Shown: positions 1 through 10,665 of the stretch, one piece after another | Layout: the number at the start of each line of letters is the position of its first letter | Position numbering within the stretch: position 1 is the first letter of the stretch | From: an uncultured Verrucomicrobiae bacterium | GTDB lineage: Bacteria; Verrucomicrobiota; Verrucomicrobiia; Limisphaerales; Palsa-1400 | NCBI GenBank assembly: GCA_963764165.1 | Contig: CAVXRD010000002.1 | Span: 3,360,001-3,424,000, forward strand | DNA length: 64,000 nt | Direction: 5' to 3' | Notes under the pieces: model-generated | Databases searched by the model: none | Told to the model about the DNA's origin: nothing | Seen by the model: the letters and a program-made list of their open reading frames with translations, nothing else | Position numbers and translations under genes: made by a program

Positions 1-92
1 AGCGACGGCAGAGACGCCTCGGCGGGGCGCCCCCGCCTCGAAACTCTCGGCTTTTGGTTGACGCGGATGCGTGGACGCACTTTTCTTAAGGC

Positions 93-1022
93 ATGACAAC
101 GGCGTTGGATTCCACGCGGCGGCAATTCCTAAAAACGACAGCCATGGCGGCAGCCGCGCTGCCTCCTCTCCTCGATGCCTCCGGCGAACCAGCGCCCCCG
201 CCCGCCCGCAAGCGCAAGATCAAGAAGGGCATCATGCTGGGTGCGGTGCCGGGAGCCATGTCGGTGTTGGGTAAATTCAAGCTTGTCAAGGCCGCGGGCT
301 TTGAGGGCGTGGAAGTCAATTCGGGTGATTATCGCGACGAAATTCTCCGCGCGCGCGACGCGACAGGTTTGGAAATTGCGACGGTGGTGGACTCCGTTCA
401 CTGGAATAAAAGCCTTGCTGACAACTCGCTGGAAGTTCGGGCCGCCGGTTTGGATGGGCTCCGCACCGCCTTGCAGGATGCCAAAGCCTATGGCGCGTCC
501 TCAGTGCTGCTCGTCCCGGCGGTGGTCAATGAGCAGGTGTCATATGACGCCGCTTATTCGCGCTCGGTGGAAGAGATTTCCAAAGTCAAACAAACGGCCG
601 AGGATTTGGGAGTAAAAATCGGCATCGAAAATGTCTGGAATCAATTCCTGCTGAGCCCAATGGAAGCCGTCCGTTACGTGGATCAATTTCACAGCTCCGC
701 CATGCGATGGCATTTTGACGTGGGCAACGTGATCAATTACGGCTGGCCGGAGCAGTGGATTCGCATCCTCGGCGTTCGCATCCACAAGTTGCACATCAAG
801 GAATTCAGCCGGAAAAAGAGGAACGACGAAGGTTTGTGGAAAGGCTTCCATGTGGAGTACATGGAAGGCGACAACAATTGGCCGGAAGTCATGAAGGCCC
901 TTGATGAAATCGGCTACGAAGGCTGGGGCACGGCCGAACCCGCCTACTGGCCTGACGGAGTGGAACTGCCGGCGCGGCTGGACCAAATCTCCCGCAAATT
1001 GGACCAAATATTCAATCTTTAG
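93..1022 (+). CDS. Tat-exported sugar phosphate isomerase/epimerase (xylose isomerase-like TIM barrel)
   Basis: Twin-arginine signal TRRQFLK; motifs GIENVWN, FDVGN, HIKEF typical of the AP_endonuc_2 epimerase fold. Confidence 0.85.
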   Translation: MTTALDSTRRQFLKTTAMAAAALPPLLDASGEPAPPPARKRKIKKGIMLGAVPGAMSVLGKFKLVKAAGFEGVEVNSGDYRDEILRARDATGLEIATVVDSVHWNKSLADNSLEVRAAGLDGLRTALQDAKAYGASSVLLVPAVVNEQVSYDAAYSRSVEEISKVKQTAEDLGVKIGIENVWNQFLLSPMEAVRYVDQFHSSAMRWHFDVGNVINYGWPEQWIRILGVRIHKLHIKEFSRKKRNDEGLWKGFHVEYMEGDNNWPEVMKALDEIGYEGWGTAEPAYWPDGVELPARLDQISRKLDQIFNL

Positions 1023-1269
1023 GGAATGAGCGCATCTTATTGCGCCAGAGAAATTCACACAAAGATGAGCATTTCGTATTGAATGCCGCGGGGCTTTTGG
1101 CTAGAACAAACCCGATGACCTCCGTTGGCATCGTGCGAATGGGCCAAAAAAACAGGGGTTGGCGTAGCGGAATAAAGATAGGGATCCACAAAGCCTGGGT
1201 TACTCTTGATTTCCGGCACGAAGGTTGTCACCACACAAAAACTTCTGGTCGGCGGATGCAAAACCGCTC

Positions 1270-2523
1270 ATGAAAAATGGAATCCCCGAACGACGCGTCG
1301 TCATAACCGGCATGGGTGTGGTTTCGCCCTGCGGCACCAGCCTCGGCACATTTTGGGCTAATATTCGCGGCGGCATCAGCTCGGCCGCTCCGGTCACCCG
1401 CTTTGACGTTTCAAAAATGCCCGTCAAAATCGCGGCTGAAGTCAAAGGCTTCAATGCCGCGGATTTTATCGCCACCAAAAAGCCGGGACGCCTTGACCGC
1501 TCGATTCAATATGGCGTCGCGGCCGCTGGAATGGCGGTAAAAGATTCCCATCTTGACCTTCGCAGCCTTGACCCCGATCGCGTCGGCGTGGTGGAAGGCA
1601 CGACCATCAGCGGGGCGGAAAGCATTATCAAGGCGCGTGACAGCTTTGCCTCCCTTGGCGGCAACTACCGCGCGCTTCATCCCTACAACGTGGTGGCGGG
1701 TTATTGCGGCGAAGGCAGCAGCACGATCAGCCTCCACCTGGGAATTCGCGGGCACGCGGTGACCTATTGCTCCGGTTGCGCCTCCGGAAACGACGCCATC
1801 GGCTACGCCTGCCGCATGATTCAATGCGACGATGTTGACGTCGCCGTTGCGGGCGGCGCGGAAGAGTCCATGGAGATGCTGCACGCTGGATTCTGCCGCG
1901 TTCGCGCCATGACGGAACATGACGGCAAACCCGGTGAGGCCATGAGGCCATTTGACCGTTCGCGTGATGGATTTGTTCTCGGAGAAGGATCGGCGTTTTT
2001 CATTCTTGAGGAATTGTCCCATGCCCTTGGCCGGCGCGCCCACATTTACGCGGAGGTGATTGGGCATGGCCGGAGTTGCGAAGCCTATCATGCCACAGAT
2101 CCGCACCCGGATGGACTCGGCTATGTCAAGGCGCTCGAGAAGGCGATTCGCAGCGCCCGGATTCATCCGAGCGAGGTCGACTACATTAATGCCCACGGCT
2201 CCGCCACGCCGCTCAATGATTCCATTGAAACCAAGGCGATCAAAACAGTGTTCCGCGAACACGCCAAACGCCTCGCCATCAGCGCGACCAAGCCGGTGAC
2301 GGGCCATTTGATGGGAGCTTCGGGAGCCATTGAAACGATGGTTTGCGCGCTGGCGCTGCTTCATCAGGAAATCCCGCCCACGATCAATTTGAACGATCCC
2401 GATCCCGCCTGCGATCTGGATTACGTCAGCGGGGATGCCCGGGCTTTTCCCCTGCGCATTGGTGTTAATTTGAACGCGGGCTTCGGCGGGCGCTACGCCT
2501 GCCTGGTGCTCAGAAAATTCTGA
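1270..2523 (+). CDS. fabF: Beta-ketoacyl-ACP synthase II family (FabF-like) ketosynthase
   Basis: RRVVITGMG start; catalytic Cys (SGCASG), His (NAHGSAT) and His (TGHLMGA); RPFDRSRDGFVLGEG; C-terminal GFGG. ATG at 1270 chosen. Probably a paralog, not the housekeeping copy. Confidence 0.85.
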   Translation: MKNGIPERRVVITGMGVVSPCGTSLGTFWANIRGGISSAAPVTRFDVSKMPVKIAAEVKGFNAADFIATKKPGRLDRSIQYGVAAAGMAVKDSHLDLRSLDPDRVGVVEGTTISGAESIIKARDSFASLGGNYRALHPYNVVAGYCGEGSSTISLHLGIRGHAVTYCSGCASGNDAIGYACRMIQCDDVDVAVAGGAEESMEMLHAGFCRVRAMTEHDGKPGEAMRPFDRSRDGFVLGEGSAFFILEELSHALGRRAHIYAEVIGHGRSCEAYHATDPHPDGLGYVKALEKAIRSARIHPSEVDYINAHGSATPLNDSIETKAIKTVFREHAKRLAISATKPVTGHLMGASGAIETMVCALALLHQEIPPTINLNDPDPACDLDYVSGDARAFPLRIGVNLNAGFGGRYACLVLRKF

Positions 2524-2528
2524 CGGCG

Positions 2529-4727
2529 ATGACCACGCTTGAAATCATTCAGATGACAGCGCTGGCGGCGACGGCCTTCAACGTTCTGCTGACAGTGCTT
2601 GTCCTTTCGCGCGATATGCGGTCAAACCTGCACCGGGCTTACCTCGGCTGGGGCGTATCGGTGACGCTTTGGAATTTGGGCGTCTACTATTTAAGCCGCC
2701 ACATTTTGGAACAAGAGGCGATGCGATGGGCCAAGGTGCTGCAATTGGGCGTGATCTTCATGCCGGTGACACTGTTTCATCTTTGTTTGATCATCGCGCA
2801 AGCGCAGCGGCAATCGGTGAAATGGGGAATGAGGCTTTTGTATTTGGTTCATTCGGGCTTCGCTGCCGCCCTCTTCTCGAATCATTTCATCGCCGGGGTC
2901 CGCTGGCTCGAAGTGGGTTGGTGGTCCAAAAGCGGAACAGGCTTTAATATCTTCAGTTATATCTACGTTTTCGAGACGGCGGGGTTGGTGACGCTGCTCT
3001 ATCGCAAACAAAAATCGGTGCCGCCCATCCAGCGCACGCGGCTTCGCGCGCTGCTCGTCGCCATCGTTGGCCTGTGGATTTTTGGGACAAATGACTTGAT
3101 GCCGATTCTCGGCCATGAAACCTATCCGTTCACCCATATTAAATTCTACCCGCTGGGGAGTTTGGCGGCGGTTTTTTATGTGGTCATCATCGGTTACAGC
3201 GTGCTGCAGCATCGCCTGCTGGACATCCACCTGACGCTGAGCCGGTTCGCGGCCCAGATGGTCCGCATGCTCTTCATGATGCTGGTGGGATTCCTCCTGC
3301 TGCTGCTGGTCTTGTGCTTCGCGCCGGATCAATTCACCAAATTCTCCTTCGGCGCGGACATGGCGGTGCTGATGGCCAGCGCGCTGGTGGCTTCGGTGTT
3401 CTTCCCGCAATTTTTCGGCAAGGGCAGCGACAAATTGGAGCGGCAGATTTTGGGTGACCGCTTTGAATACCATACGCAGGTGCAGAACCTCATCCAGATG
3501 ATGCGCACCTTCCCCGAGCCGCAATACTTGATGCAGGAATTGCAGGACCTGCTGGCCGGCACGATGAAAATGCGGAGCTACCAGATCATTCTACTTGATG
3601 AAACCACGCGCGGATTCAAGCTCTTCCATTGCCATCCGGCGGGCATGGCTTCCAGCCTCCCGGAATTGCAGGTGGATTCGCCCGTCATCCGATATTTCCA
3701 GCGCACGCGGGCCAAATGGCTCTCGTGCAACCTCGTCTACGAAACGGACCAGGAATCCCTTTTGCAGCGGGAGGCGCGGCTGCAGGTAAAAGAGTTCGAG
3801 CCGGAGTTCTGCTTTCCGTTCATGATGGCCGACGACCTCATCGGATTCATGATGCTCGGCCGCAAGGCGAGCGGCGAGCTTTTCACCCTCTACGATTTGC
3901 AATTATTGACAGAGCTGTCCTCGGGGCTTGGGCTGGTGCTGAACCAGATCCGCCTCCGCCAGCAATTGCAAGTGGTGCATGAGCAGGATTTGCTGGGGCG
4001 CATGTCGCGCGGCCTGGCGCACGATTTGAACAACTTGCTGACGCCCGTCCAGACGCTCCTGCAGCTTTGCCGCGACTCGCACATCAACCAGGAGACAATC
4101 GACGAGCTGCTGCCCATGTGCCTGCGAAACCTGGAGACGGTTCGTTCCTACGTCAACGAAGCGCTGTTCTTTTCGCGCTCCGCCAAATTGCAGGGTCATC
4201 CCGGGCTGCTCGACCAGATGGCGCGCGAATCCATCACGCTGGTTGAGCCGCAGGCGCAATCCAAGGGCGTCTCCGTCAGCTATGAAGGGCCGTCGGACAT
4301 CGAAATCGAAATGGATTCGGTGCTCATCAAGCGGCTCATTTGCAATTTGCTTTCAAACTCCATCGACGCCTCTCCGACGGGCGCGCAAGTGGAATTGCGG
4401 CTGACGCTGCTGCCCAAGACGGAGGTGCTGCGCGCATGGTATCGCCTGCGGGTGATCGATCACGGCGAAGGGATCAGCGCCGAGAATTTGCAGCGCGTTT
4501 TCACTCCCTATTTCACGACGAAGAACACCGGGGATGGAAAACGGGGATTTGGACTTGGACTGGCCATAGCGCATAAAATTGTCCATCTCCATGGAGGCAA
4601 TTTGAGCATCACCAGCAAGGAGAAAGAAGGCACGACCGTCCAGATCGATTTGCCCAGCCGGTTAAACCATGGCGCCGGCGCGGCAGTTGGCAGTGGAGCG
4701 CAGCGTTACCACGCGGTTTCGGCATGA
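2529..4727 (+). CDS. Membrane sensor histidine kinase (N-terminal multi-TM/7TM region, GAF-like domain, HisKA, HATPase)
   Basis: Many hydrophobic N-terminal segments; GAF-like segment (CFPFMMADDLIGFMMLG); H-box AHDLNN, N-box NLLSNSIDA, DHGEG, FTTK, GFGLGL. Confidence 0.9.
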   Translation: MTTLEIIQMTALAATAFNVLLTVLVLSRDMRSNLHRAYLGWGVSVTLWNLGVYYLSRHILEQEAMRWAKVLQLGVIFMPVTLFHLCLIIAQAQRQSVKWGMRLLYLVHSGFAAALFSNHFIAGVRWLEVGWWSKSGTGFNIFSYIYVFETAGLVTLLYRKQKSVPPIQRTRLRALLVAIVGLWIFGTNDLMPILGHETYPFTHIKFYPLGSLAAVFYVVIIGYSVLQHRLLDIHLTLSRFAAQMVRMLFMMLVGFLLLLLVLCFAPDQFTKFSFGADMAVLMASALVASVFFPQFFGKGSDKLERQILGDRFEYHTQVQNLIQMMRTFPEPQYLMQELQDLLAGTMKMRSYQIILLDETTRGFKLFHCHPAGMASSLPELQVDSPVIRYFQRTRAKWLSCNLVYETDQESLLQREARLQVKEFEPEFCFPFMMADDLIGFMMLGRKASGELFTLYDLQLLTELSSGLGLVLNQIRLRQQLQVVHEQDLLGRMSRGLAHDLNNLLTPVQTLLQLCRDSHINQETIDELLPMCLRNLETVRSYVNEALFFSRSAKLQGHPGLLDQMARESITLVEPQAQSKGVSVSYEGPSDIEIEMDSVLIKRLICNLLSNSIDASPTGAQVELRLTLLPKTEVLRAWYRLRVIDHGEGISAENLQRVFTPYFTTKNTGDGKRGFGLGLAIAHKIVHLHGGNLSITSKEKEGTTVQIDLPSRLNHGAGAAVGSGAQRYHAVSA

Positions 4728-6788
4728 GAACACTGCTCGTCATCGGTCCAGACACGGGACTCGGGGCGGCGGTGCGCGTTGCGCTTGATTCGACTCGTTA
4801 CCGGGTCATCGAGCAGGAGGATATTTCCGAGGAAACACTCCAGCTGACGGGCGGCTCTTCTTTCGATGTTTGTATATTTGACGCGGATTTGACCAACGTC
4901 GGGCCCATCCGCAAGGTGGAGCAACTGCGCCAATGGCTTCCCCATTGCCCCGTCATTCTTTACGCGGCGCAATCGCATTGGGCGTGGGAGGAAGACGCCT
5001 ATCTTCTCGGTGTCCGCCACATTTTGTCCAAGCCGGTGCGCGGCCGTTTGCTCCATGCGCTGCTGGATCGCATGTGGGATGCGCCCATCGTCGAGGAAGC
5101 GGCGCTGCTGCCCATGCCGGCCCCCCGTCCGCGCCAGGAGGAACAACAGCGCGCAGCCGATAGTTCGGCGGCCCCGGCGCGCATGCTGGAGCTGTTGCGC
5201 GACGCCTCCACCATTCTTTGCCACAGCCTCAGCGCGGAACCGCTGTTGAAGGAATTTCTCCTCGTGCTGCGCGAAATTCTCAGCCTCAACCGCGCCGCGA
5301 TTTTCCTGCGCGCGCCGCTGCACGCGGGCGAGACCGATCTCGTCCTGGGCAACTCCCAGCGGCTCACCTCGGCCTGCGCGCTGGGGCTCGCGCAGGGAAT
5401 CCTTGAGCATTTTGAATTGTCGCTCGGCGCGGGCATTGGCGCTTTTGCGTTCCGCTCCGGCCGCGTCCTGCGCCGCGACAGTGCGGAGGCGGAGCGCGAT
5501 CCGCGCATCGCCCGCGAATTCGACGCCCTCGGCGTTCGCGTGGCCATTCCGATGCTCGCCCGCGGCACGCTCATTGGAATCGCGATGCTTGACGAACGCA
5601 TCACCGGCGAGCCGATGAGCAACGACGAGCTGGCCCTCATTTTCCATCTCCTCGAGCAATTGGGCCTCGCCGTCAAAAACATCTGGTGGCACGAGCAGGT
5701 CACAGCCCGGCACGAAATGATGTTTGACATTCTTCACCACATCCGCGCGGGCTGCATTGTGGTGGGGCCGGAGTTGAACATTCTCCACGCCAACGAGACG
5801 GCCAAAAACTTTTTCCTCCGCCCGCATCGAACCGCCAAGACGTTCGATTTCAATGACCTTCCGCAAATCATCGGCGGCAAGGTTTTCACGGTTTTGAAAA
5901 CGGGCCAGCCGGTCATGGATTATAAATACCATTCGGCGACCTCGCTCGGACAGCGTTTTCAAATTTCCATCACGCCGTTCCTCAAAAAAAATTCGCCCGC
6001 GCCCACCGCCGCGCTCGTGGTGGTGGAGGACTGCACATCAGGCGACCGGTTGCGGCAGTTGGAAATTGAGACGGCCAATCTTCGCCTTGTCCAGCAGATG
6101 GCCGACCGGCTCGCGCACGAAATCGGCAATGCCGTTGTGCCCATTTCCACGCATCAGCAGCTTCTGCGGGATCGCATCAGCGACCCGGAATTTCAAATTT
6201 CATTGGGGTTCGCGATGGAGGAAGGCGTCAAGCGTGTCAGCCGCTTGGTGGATCAAATGCGCTTTCTTGCCCGCGACCGGATGGGTAAGATGGAGACTGT
6301 GCCCGTCAAACAAATCATCGAAGAGGCCTTTCGCGAGGCTCGCGCGTATCACCCCTCGAACACCGTGATTCTGCAGGTACGAGGCCACGGGCGAGGGCTT
6401 GAACGTGACCGGCGACCGTCAGAGCTTGCAGCACGCGTTCGCTGAGGTCGTTCTCAACGCGCTGCAGGCCAGCGATGGGTCGTGCCAGGTTCACGTCCGC
6501 ACGCGCGCGGAAACCGATTCCGCCGGGGCGCGCTGGGCCGAGGTTGAGGTGCAGGACAGCGGCGCGGGCTTTACGCCGGAAGCAGCCGCGAAGGCGATCG
6601 AGCCATTTTTCACGACACGAAAAGTCGGGCTTGGATTGGGGTTGGCGGTGACAAATAAAATTATCCAAATCCACGCCGGCAAAATGGAAATTCCGCCGCC
6701 GAAAGCCAATTCGCCCGGAATCGTTCGGATTTCTCTGCCGCTGGATCAGGCAGATCCTGCGCTTCCGGCCAAGTCCACCGGACGCTAA
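4724..6788 (+). pseudogene. Hybrid histidine kinase (REC-GAF-PAS-HisKA-HATPase) split by a one-base insertion frameshift near 6376
   Basis: ORF 4724-6445 carries REC, GAF and H-box AHEIGN. ORF 6399-6788 carries the N/G1/F/G2 boxes (NALQA, DSGAG, FFTT, GLGLGL). Removing one G from ctgcaGGtac joins them as ILQ-YEATGEGLNVTGDR. Confidence 0.8.
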
Positions 6789-6802
6789 AACGCAGAATTT
6801 GC

Positions 6803-6897
6803 ACAGGATGAACAGGATTTACAGGATAAAGAATGATATCGCCTTCGAAGCGAAAGCATTGCCGGGGATTGTTTTCACTCCGGCTGTTCATCCTGTC
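6803..6897. repeat. Degenerate periodic inverted-repeat element (ACAGGAT x3)
   Basis: acaggatga/acaggattt/acaggataa at 6803-6829 and a partial inverted arm ttcatcctgtc at 6887-6897. Confidence 0.6.
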
Positions 6898-6949
6898 TCA
6901 ATTCCTCTCTGTTCGGCTCTTTCATCTGCATGGTTGCGGTAAAGCTGGC

Positions 6950-9900
6950 ATGACAAAACCCACGCACCATCCGAAATTGGATTTCATCACGTCGAAGCCA
7001 AACCCAACGGCGGGCTGGGCGCGGCGCGATTTCCTAAAAGCCACCGGCGTTGCCCTCAGCGCGCTTGCCTTCCAGCCTTGGCGCGTGATGGCCGGGCCGT
7101 TTGAACGGAAGGATTTTGACCAGCTCGTTCCCGCTGATAAAAAACTTTCCCCAGAATGGGTGAAATCGCTTTTCGCGCGCGGCGAGCCGGAGGTGATTCG
7201 GCACAATTTGAAATTAGTCGGGATGCCGGTCGGCGGGATTGGCGCGGGGCAGCTCTATCTCGGCGGCGACGGGCGGCTGTGGCATTGGGACATTTTCAAC
7301 CAGATCCTCGGGGCGGGCGCGGAACATTACGCCAAACCGATGACGGCATCGTCGCCGCTGACCCAAAAATTCTCTTTGAGCATTGGCGATAAAACTTGCT
7401 CGCTCGACAGCACCGGATTTTCTGATGTTCGTTTTCGCGGCGAATATCCAATTGGCATCGTTGAATACGCGGACCCGGCCATTCCGCTCGCGGTGAAATT
7501 GGAGGCGTTTTCACCGTTCATTCCGTTGAACACGGATGACTCAAGCCTGCCCGCCACAGTGATGCAATTCACAGTTCGAAATGCGTCGAGCAACAAGGTG
7601 AAGGCGGTTTTGACCGGTGAGTTGGAGAACGGTGTTTGCCTGCAAAATCGCTGGCTGGACGGACTGCTGCACACCCGGGTCGCGCATGAGTCCGGATTGA
7701 CGATGATGCTGTATTCCGCCGAGCCGGCGCCCGCGAATCCTTCGAGAAAACCGGACCTTGTTTTTGAGGATTGGAACAAGGACACCTACGAGGGTTGGAC
7801 GGTGGAGGGCACGGCGTTTGGCCACGGCCCTGTCAAAAAGAAGGATATTCCGAGCTACCAAGGGGACGTCGGCGGCGACACAGAACGCGTCGCCAACTCA
7901 CACGCTTCCGCCCCCGCTGACACCGTCGAAACACGTGACAATGCGCTGGGCAAATTGACGAGCCGGGAATTTGTCATCGACCGGAGGTTCGTCCATTTCT
8001 GGATCGGCGGCGGACGCGCGCGGCCAAATTCGCAATTGGGATTGGCGCTAGTCATCGATGGCAAAACCGTCCTTAAAGCGTCCGGGCATGACAGCAACGA
8101 AATGTCGCAGCAGCATTTTGACCTCCGTCCTCTCGCGGGGAAAACCGCCCATTTTGAAATTATAGATGACGCCACGGGCGGCTGGGGGCACACGGGTGTC
8201 GGCAAAATTACTTTCAGCGACAACCCTCCGCAATCTGGCCCGATGCCCGAACTGCCGGACTTCGGCACAATGGCGCTCTCGTTGCTCGGCGCGCCAGCCG
8301 ACGACAGCAGCGCAGACGCAACAGAACCCTTCGAGAAGGGATTGTCCGGTTCACTTGGCCGCAAGCTCACCCTCGTGCCCGGAGCCTCGGCGGTCGTGAC
8401 ATTTCTCATCACCTGGCATTTTCCAAATTTGTCCCTGCCCGGGCCGCTCAAGAAGGCGGGCCAGTATTACGGCACGAAGTTTCCCTCGGCGGATGCGGTC
8501 GCCAAATATGTCTCCTCAAATTTCACCCGGCTCGCGGGCCAGACGAAATTGTGGCGCGACACCTGGTACGATTCCACGCTGCCCTACTGGTTTCTCGATC
8601 GCACGTTTCAGAACACTTCCATTCTCGCGACTTCCACGACGCATCGATTGGCCAATGGCCGCTACTACGGATGGGAGGGCGTGGGCTGCTGCGATGGAAC
8701 GTGCGGGCACGTTTATCACTACGCCCACGCGACGGCGCGATTGTTTCCCGACCTGGAGCGCGGCACGCGCGAGCACATTGATTTCGGCGCCTCGATTCAG
8801 CCCGACGGCGCTATTTTCTTTCGCGGCGAGTTCAACGATTTCCCGGCCGTCGACGGCCAGTCTGGCACGATCCTTCGCGCGCTGCGCGAGCATCAAATGT
8901 CGGCTGACTCGCATTTCATCGAGCGCACGTGGCCGAAAATAAAATTGGCGACGCAATGGCTGATCGCCAAGGACGCCAACAACGACGGCATCATCGAGGG
9001 CAATCAGCACAATACGCTTGACACGGATTGGTTTGGGCCGGTGGCGTGGCTGAGTGGATTGTATCTGGCCGCGCTGGAGGGCGCTGCGGCGATGGCGGAT
9101 GAAATCGGCGACTCCGCCTTTGCCGCGCAATGCCGGAGCATCCTGTCCGCCGGACGAAAAAATATCGTCAGCCGTCTGTATAACGGAGAATATTTCATCA
9201 ACCGCGTCGATCCAAAGCATTTGGATGCCATCAATTCCGGCACCGGCTGCGAAATCGACCAGGTCTTCGGGCAGAGCTGGGCCTTTCAAGTGGGCTTGCC
9301 GCGGGTGTTTCCGAAAAAGGAAACGGTTTCCGCGCTCAAGTCGATTTGGCGCTGCAATTTTACGCCGGACGCCGGGCACTATCGCGACACTTACAAATCA
9401 GGCCGCTGGTACGCGATGGCTGGCGAGGCCGGGCTGCTGATGTGCACGTTTCCCCAGAGCGATTGGGATTATGCGCAGGCCAGGGGAAAAGGGGGAGTCG
9501 AATGGGCTGCGGGCTATTTCAACGAATGCATGAACGGCTTCGAGTACCAAGCCGCCGGCCACATGATTTGGGAGGGGTTGACGCTTGAAGGTCTCGCCGT
9601 GACACGCGCTGTCCATGACCGTTACAACGCCTCGCGAAGAAATCCGTGGAATGAAATCGAGTGCGGCGATCATTACGCGCGCAGCATGGCCAGCTACGGA
9701 GTGTATCTCGCCGCGTGCGGCTTTGAATATCACGGGCCGAAGCAGCACATCGGTTTCGCTCCGCGCCTCACGCCGGAAAATTTCAAGTGCGCTTTCACCA
9801 GTGCGGAAGGTTGGGGAGCTTTTTCTCAAACCATCGAGAAAGCGGATTGCAGAGCGGAAATCCTCGTGCAGTGGGGAACGGTGAAACTCAAGACAATTGC

Positions 9901-10486
9901 GCTTTCGCTGCCGCCTCACGTGAACAATCATCTTGACGTCACTTTGCTTGAGCCATTGCCTCATGCCAGGATGCGGCGCGACGGCGAACGAGTCGTCATC
10001 ACCCTCGAAAAAGCGGTCGAAATCCACGCTGGGCAATCGTTAAAAATTCAATTCGGTCACAAAAAGAAAAACGATATGAAATCCAATGACACAGCCATCA
10101 TTGAAGCGTTCGTTGCGGCCATCAACAAGCATGACCCGGCGGCGATCGCGAGCCTGATGACAGACGATCACACATTTATCGATTCGGCCGGGACGCCCCA
10201 TGTTGGGCGCGACACCATGACCCAGGGATGGAAGGGCTACTTTGCGATGTTCCCCGATTACGAGATACACGTCGAACGCGTGCTGGCCGACAAATCGGTC
10301 GTGGCCGTTTTCGGCTCGGCCGCCGGGACCTACAACGGCAAACGCGGATTGGTCTCTGACAACCGAATTGCCATGCCCGCCGCCTGGCGCGCGTTGATTG
10401 AAAATGGAAAAGTAAAACTGTGGCAAGTTTACGCGGACTGGACGGACGGCTGGAAAATCATCGAGAAAGACAAGGCATCAAGCTGA
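6950..10486 (+). CDS. Tat-exported GH116-like glycoside hydrolase with an in-frame C-terminal SnoaL/NTF2-like domain
   Basis: Tat motif ARRDFLK; GMPVGGIGAG, AFSPFIP, WEGVGCC, NPWNEIECGDHYARSMA; the last ~136 aa (MKSND...WQVYAD) look like a SnoaL-like domain. Confidence 0.8.
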   Translation: MTKPTHHPKLDFITSKPNPTAGWARRDFLKATGVALSALAFQPWRVMAGPFERKDFDQLVPADKKLSPEWVKSLFARGEPEVIRHNLKLVGMPVGGIGAGQLYLGGDGRLWHWDIFNQILGAGAEHYAKPMTASSPLTQKFSLSIGDKTCSLDSTGFSDVRFRGEYPIGIVEYADPAIPLAVKLEAFSPFIPLNTDDSSLPATVMQFTVRNASSNKVKAVLTGELENGVCLQNRWLDGLLHTRVAHESGLTMMLYSAEPAPANPSRKPDLVFEDWNKDTYEGWTVEGTAFGHGPVKKKDIPSYQGDVGGDTERVANSHASAPADTVETRDNALGKLTSREFVIDRRFVHFWIGGGRARPNSQLGLALVIDGKTVLKASGHDSNEMSQQHFDLRPLAGKTAHFEIIDDATGGWGHTGVGKITFSDNPPQSGPMPELPDFGTMALSLLGAPADDSSADATEPFEKGLSGSLGRKLTLVPGASAVVTFLITWHFPNLSLPGPLKKAGQYYGTKFPSADAVAKYVSSNFTRLAGQTKLWRDTWYDSTLPYWFLDRTFQNTSILATSTTHRLANGRYYGWEGVGCCDGTCGHVYHYAHATARLFPDLERGTREHIDFGASIQPDGAIFFRGEFNDFPAVDGQSGTILRALREHQMSADSHFIERTWPKIKLATQWLIAKDANNDGIIEGNQHNTLDTDWFGPVAWLSGLYLAALEGAAAMADEIGDSAFAAQCRSILSAGRKNIVSRLYNGEYFINRVDPKHLDAINSGTGCEIDQVFGQSWAFQVGLPRVFPKKETVSALKSIWRCNFTPDAGHYRDTYKSGRWYAMAGEAGLLMCTFPQSDWDYAQARGKGGVEWAAGYFNECMNGFEYQAAGHMIWEGLTLEGLAVTRAVHDRYNASRRNPWNEIECGDHYARSMASYGVYLAACGFEYHGPKQHIGFAPRLTPENFKCAFTSAEGWGAFSQTIEKADCRAEILVQWGTVKLKTIALSLPPHVNNHLDVTLLEPLPHARMRRDGERVVITLEKAVEIHAGQSLKIQFGHKKKNDMKSNDTAIIEAFVAAINKHDPAAIASLMTDDHTFIDSAGTPHVGRDTMTQGWKGYFAMFPDYEIHVERVLADKSVVAVFGSAAGTYNGKRGLVSDNRIAMPAAWRALIENGKVKLWQVYADWTDGWKIIEKDKASS

Positions 10487-10665
10487 GCCGCTTGGGTGGC
10501 GAATATCGTTTGGACGCCGGGGCGGCATCTTCCGAGTGCGCGCAACGCGGATGCGGCTTGCGAGGCTTTGATTTCCGAGAGCGGCGTCCACAAAACACCG
10601 CGGCTCTGGCGCTGCCGGGATGAGGCGCAGCGCGCGCCCCGCCGAGCTTTCCCGCGCCGGCCAGA

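Noticed and set aside
1214..1228. Sigma54-like promoter CGGCACG-N4-TTGT upstream of the ketosynthase
   Set aside because: The -12 element is GT rather than the near-invariant GC; too weak to call without data
6803..6829. Short tandem repeats (also at 62351) as CRISPR arrays
   Set aside because: Units are 9-10 nt with no spacers, and there are no cas genes
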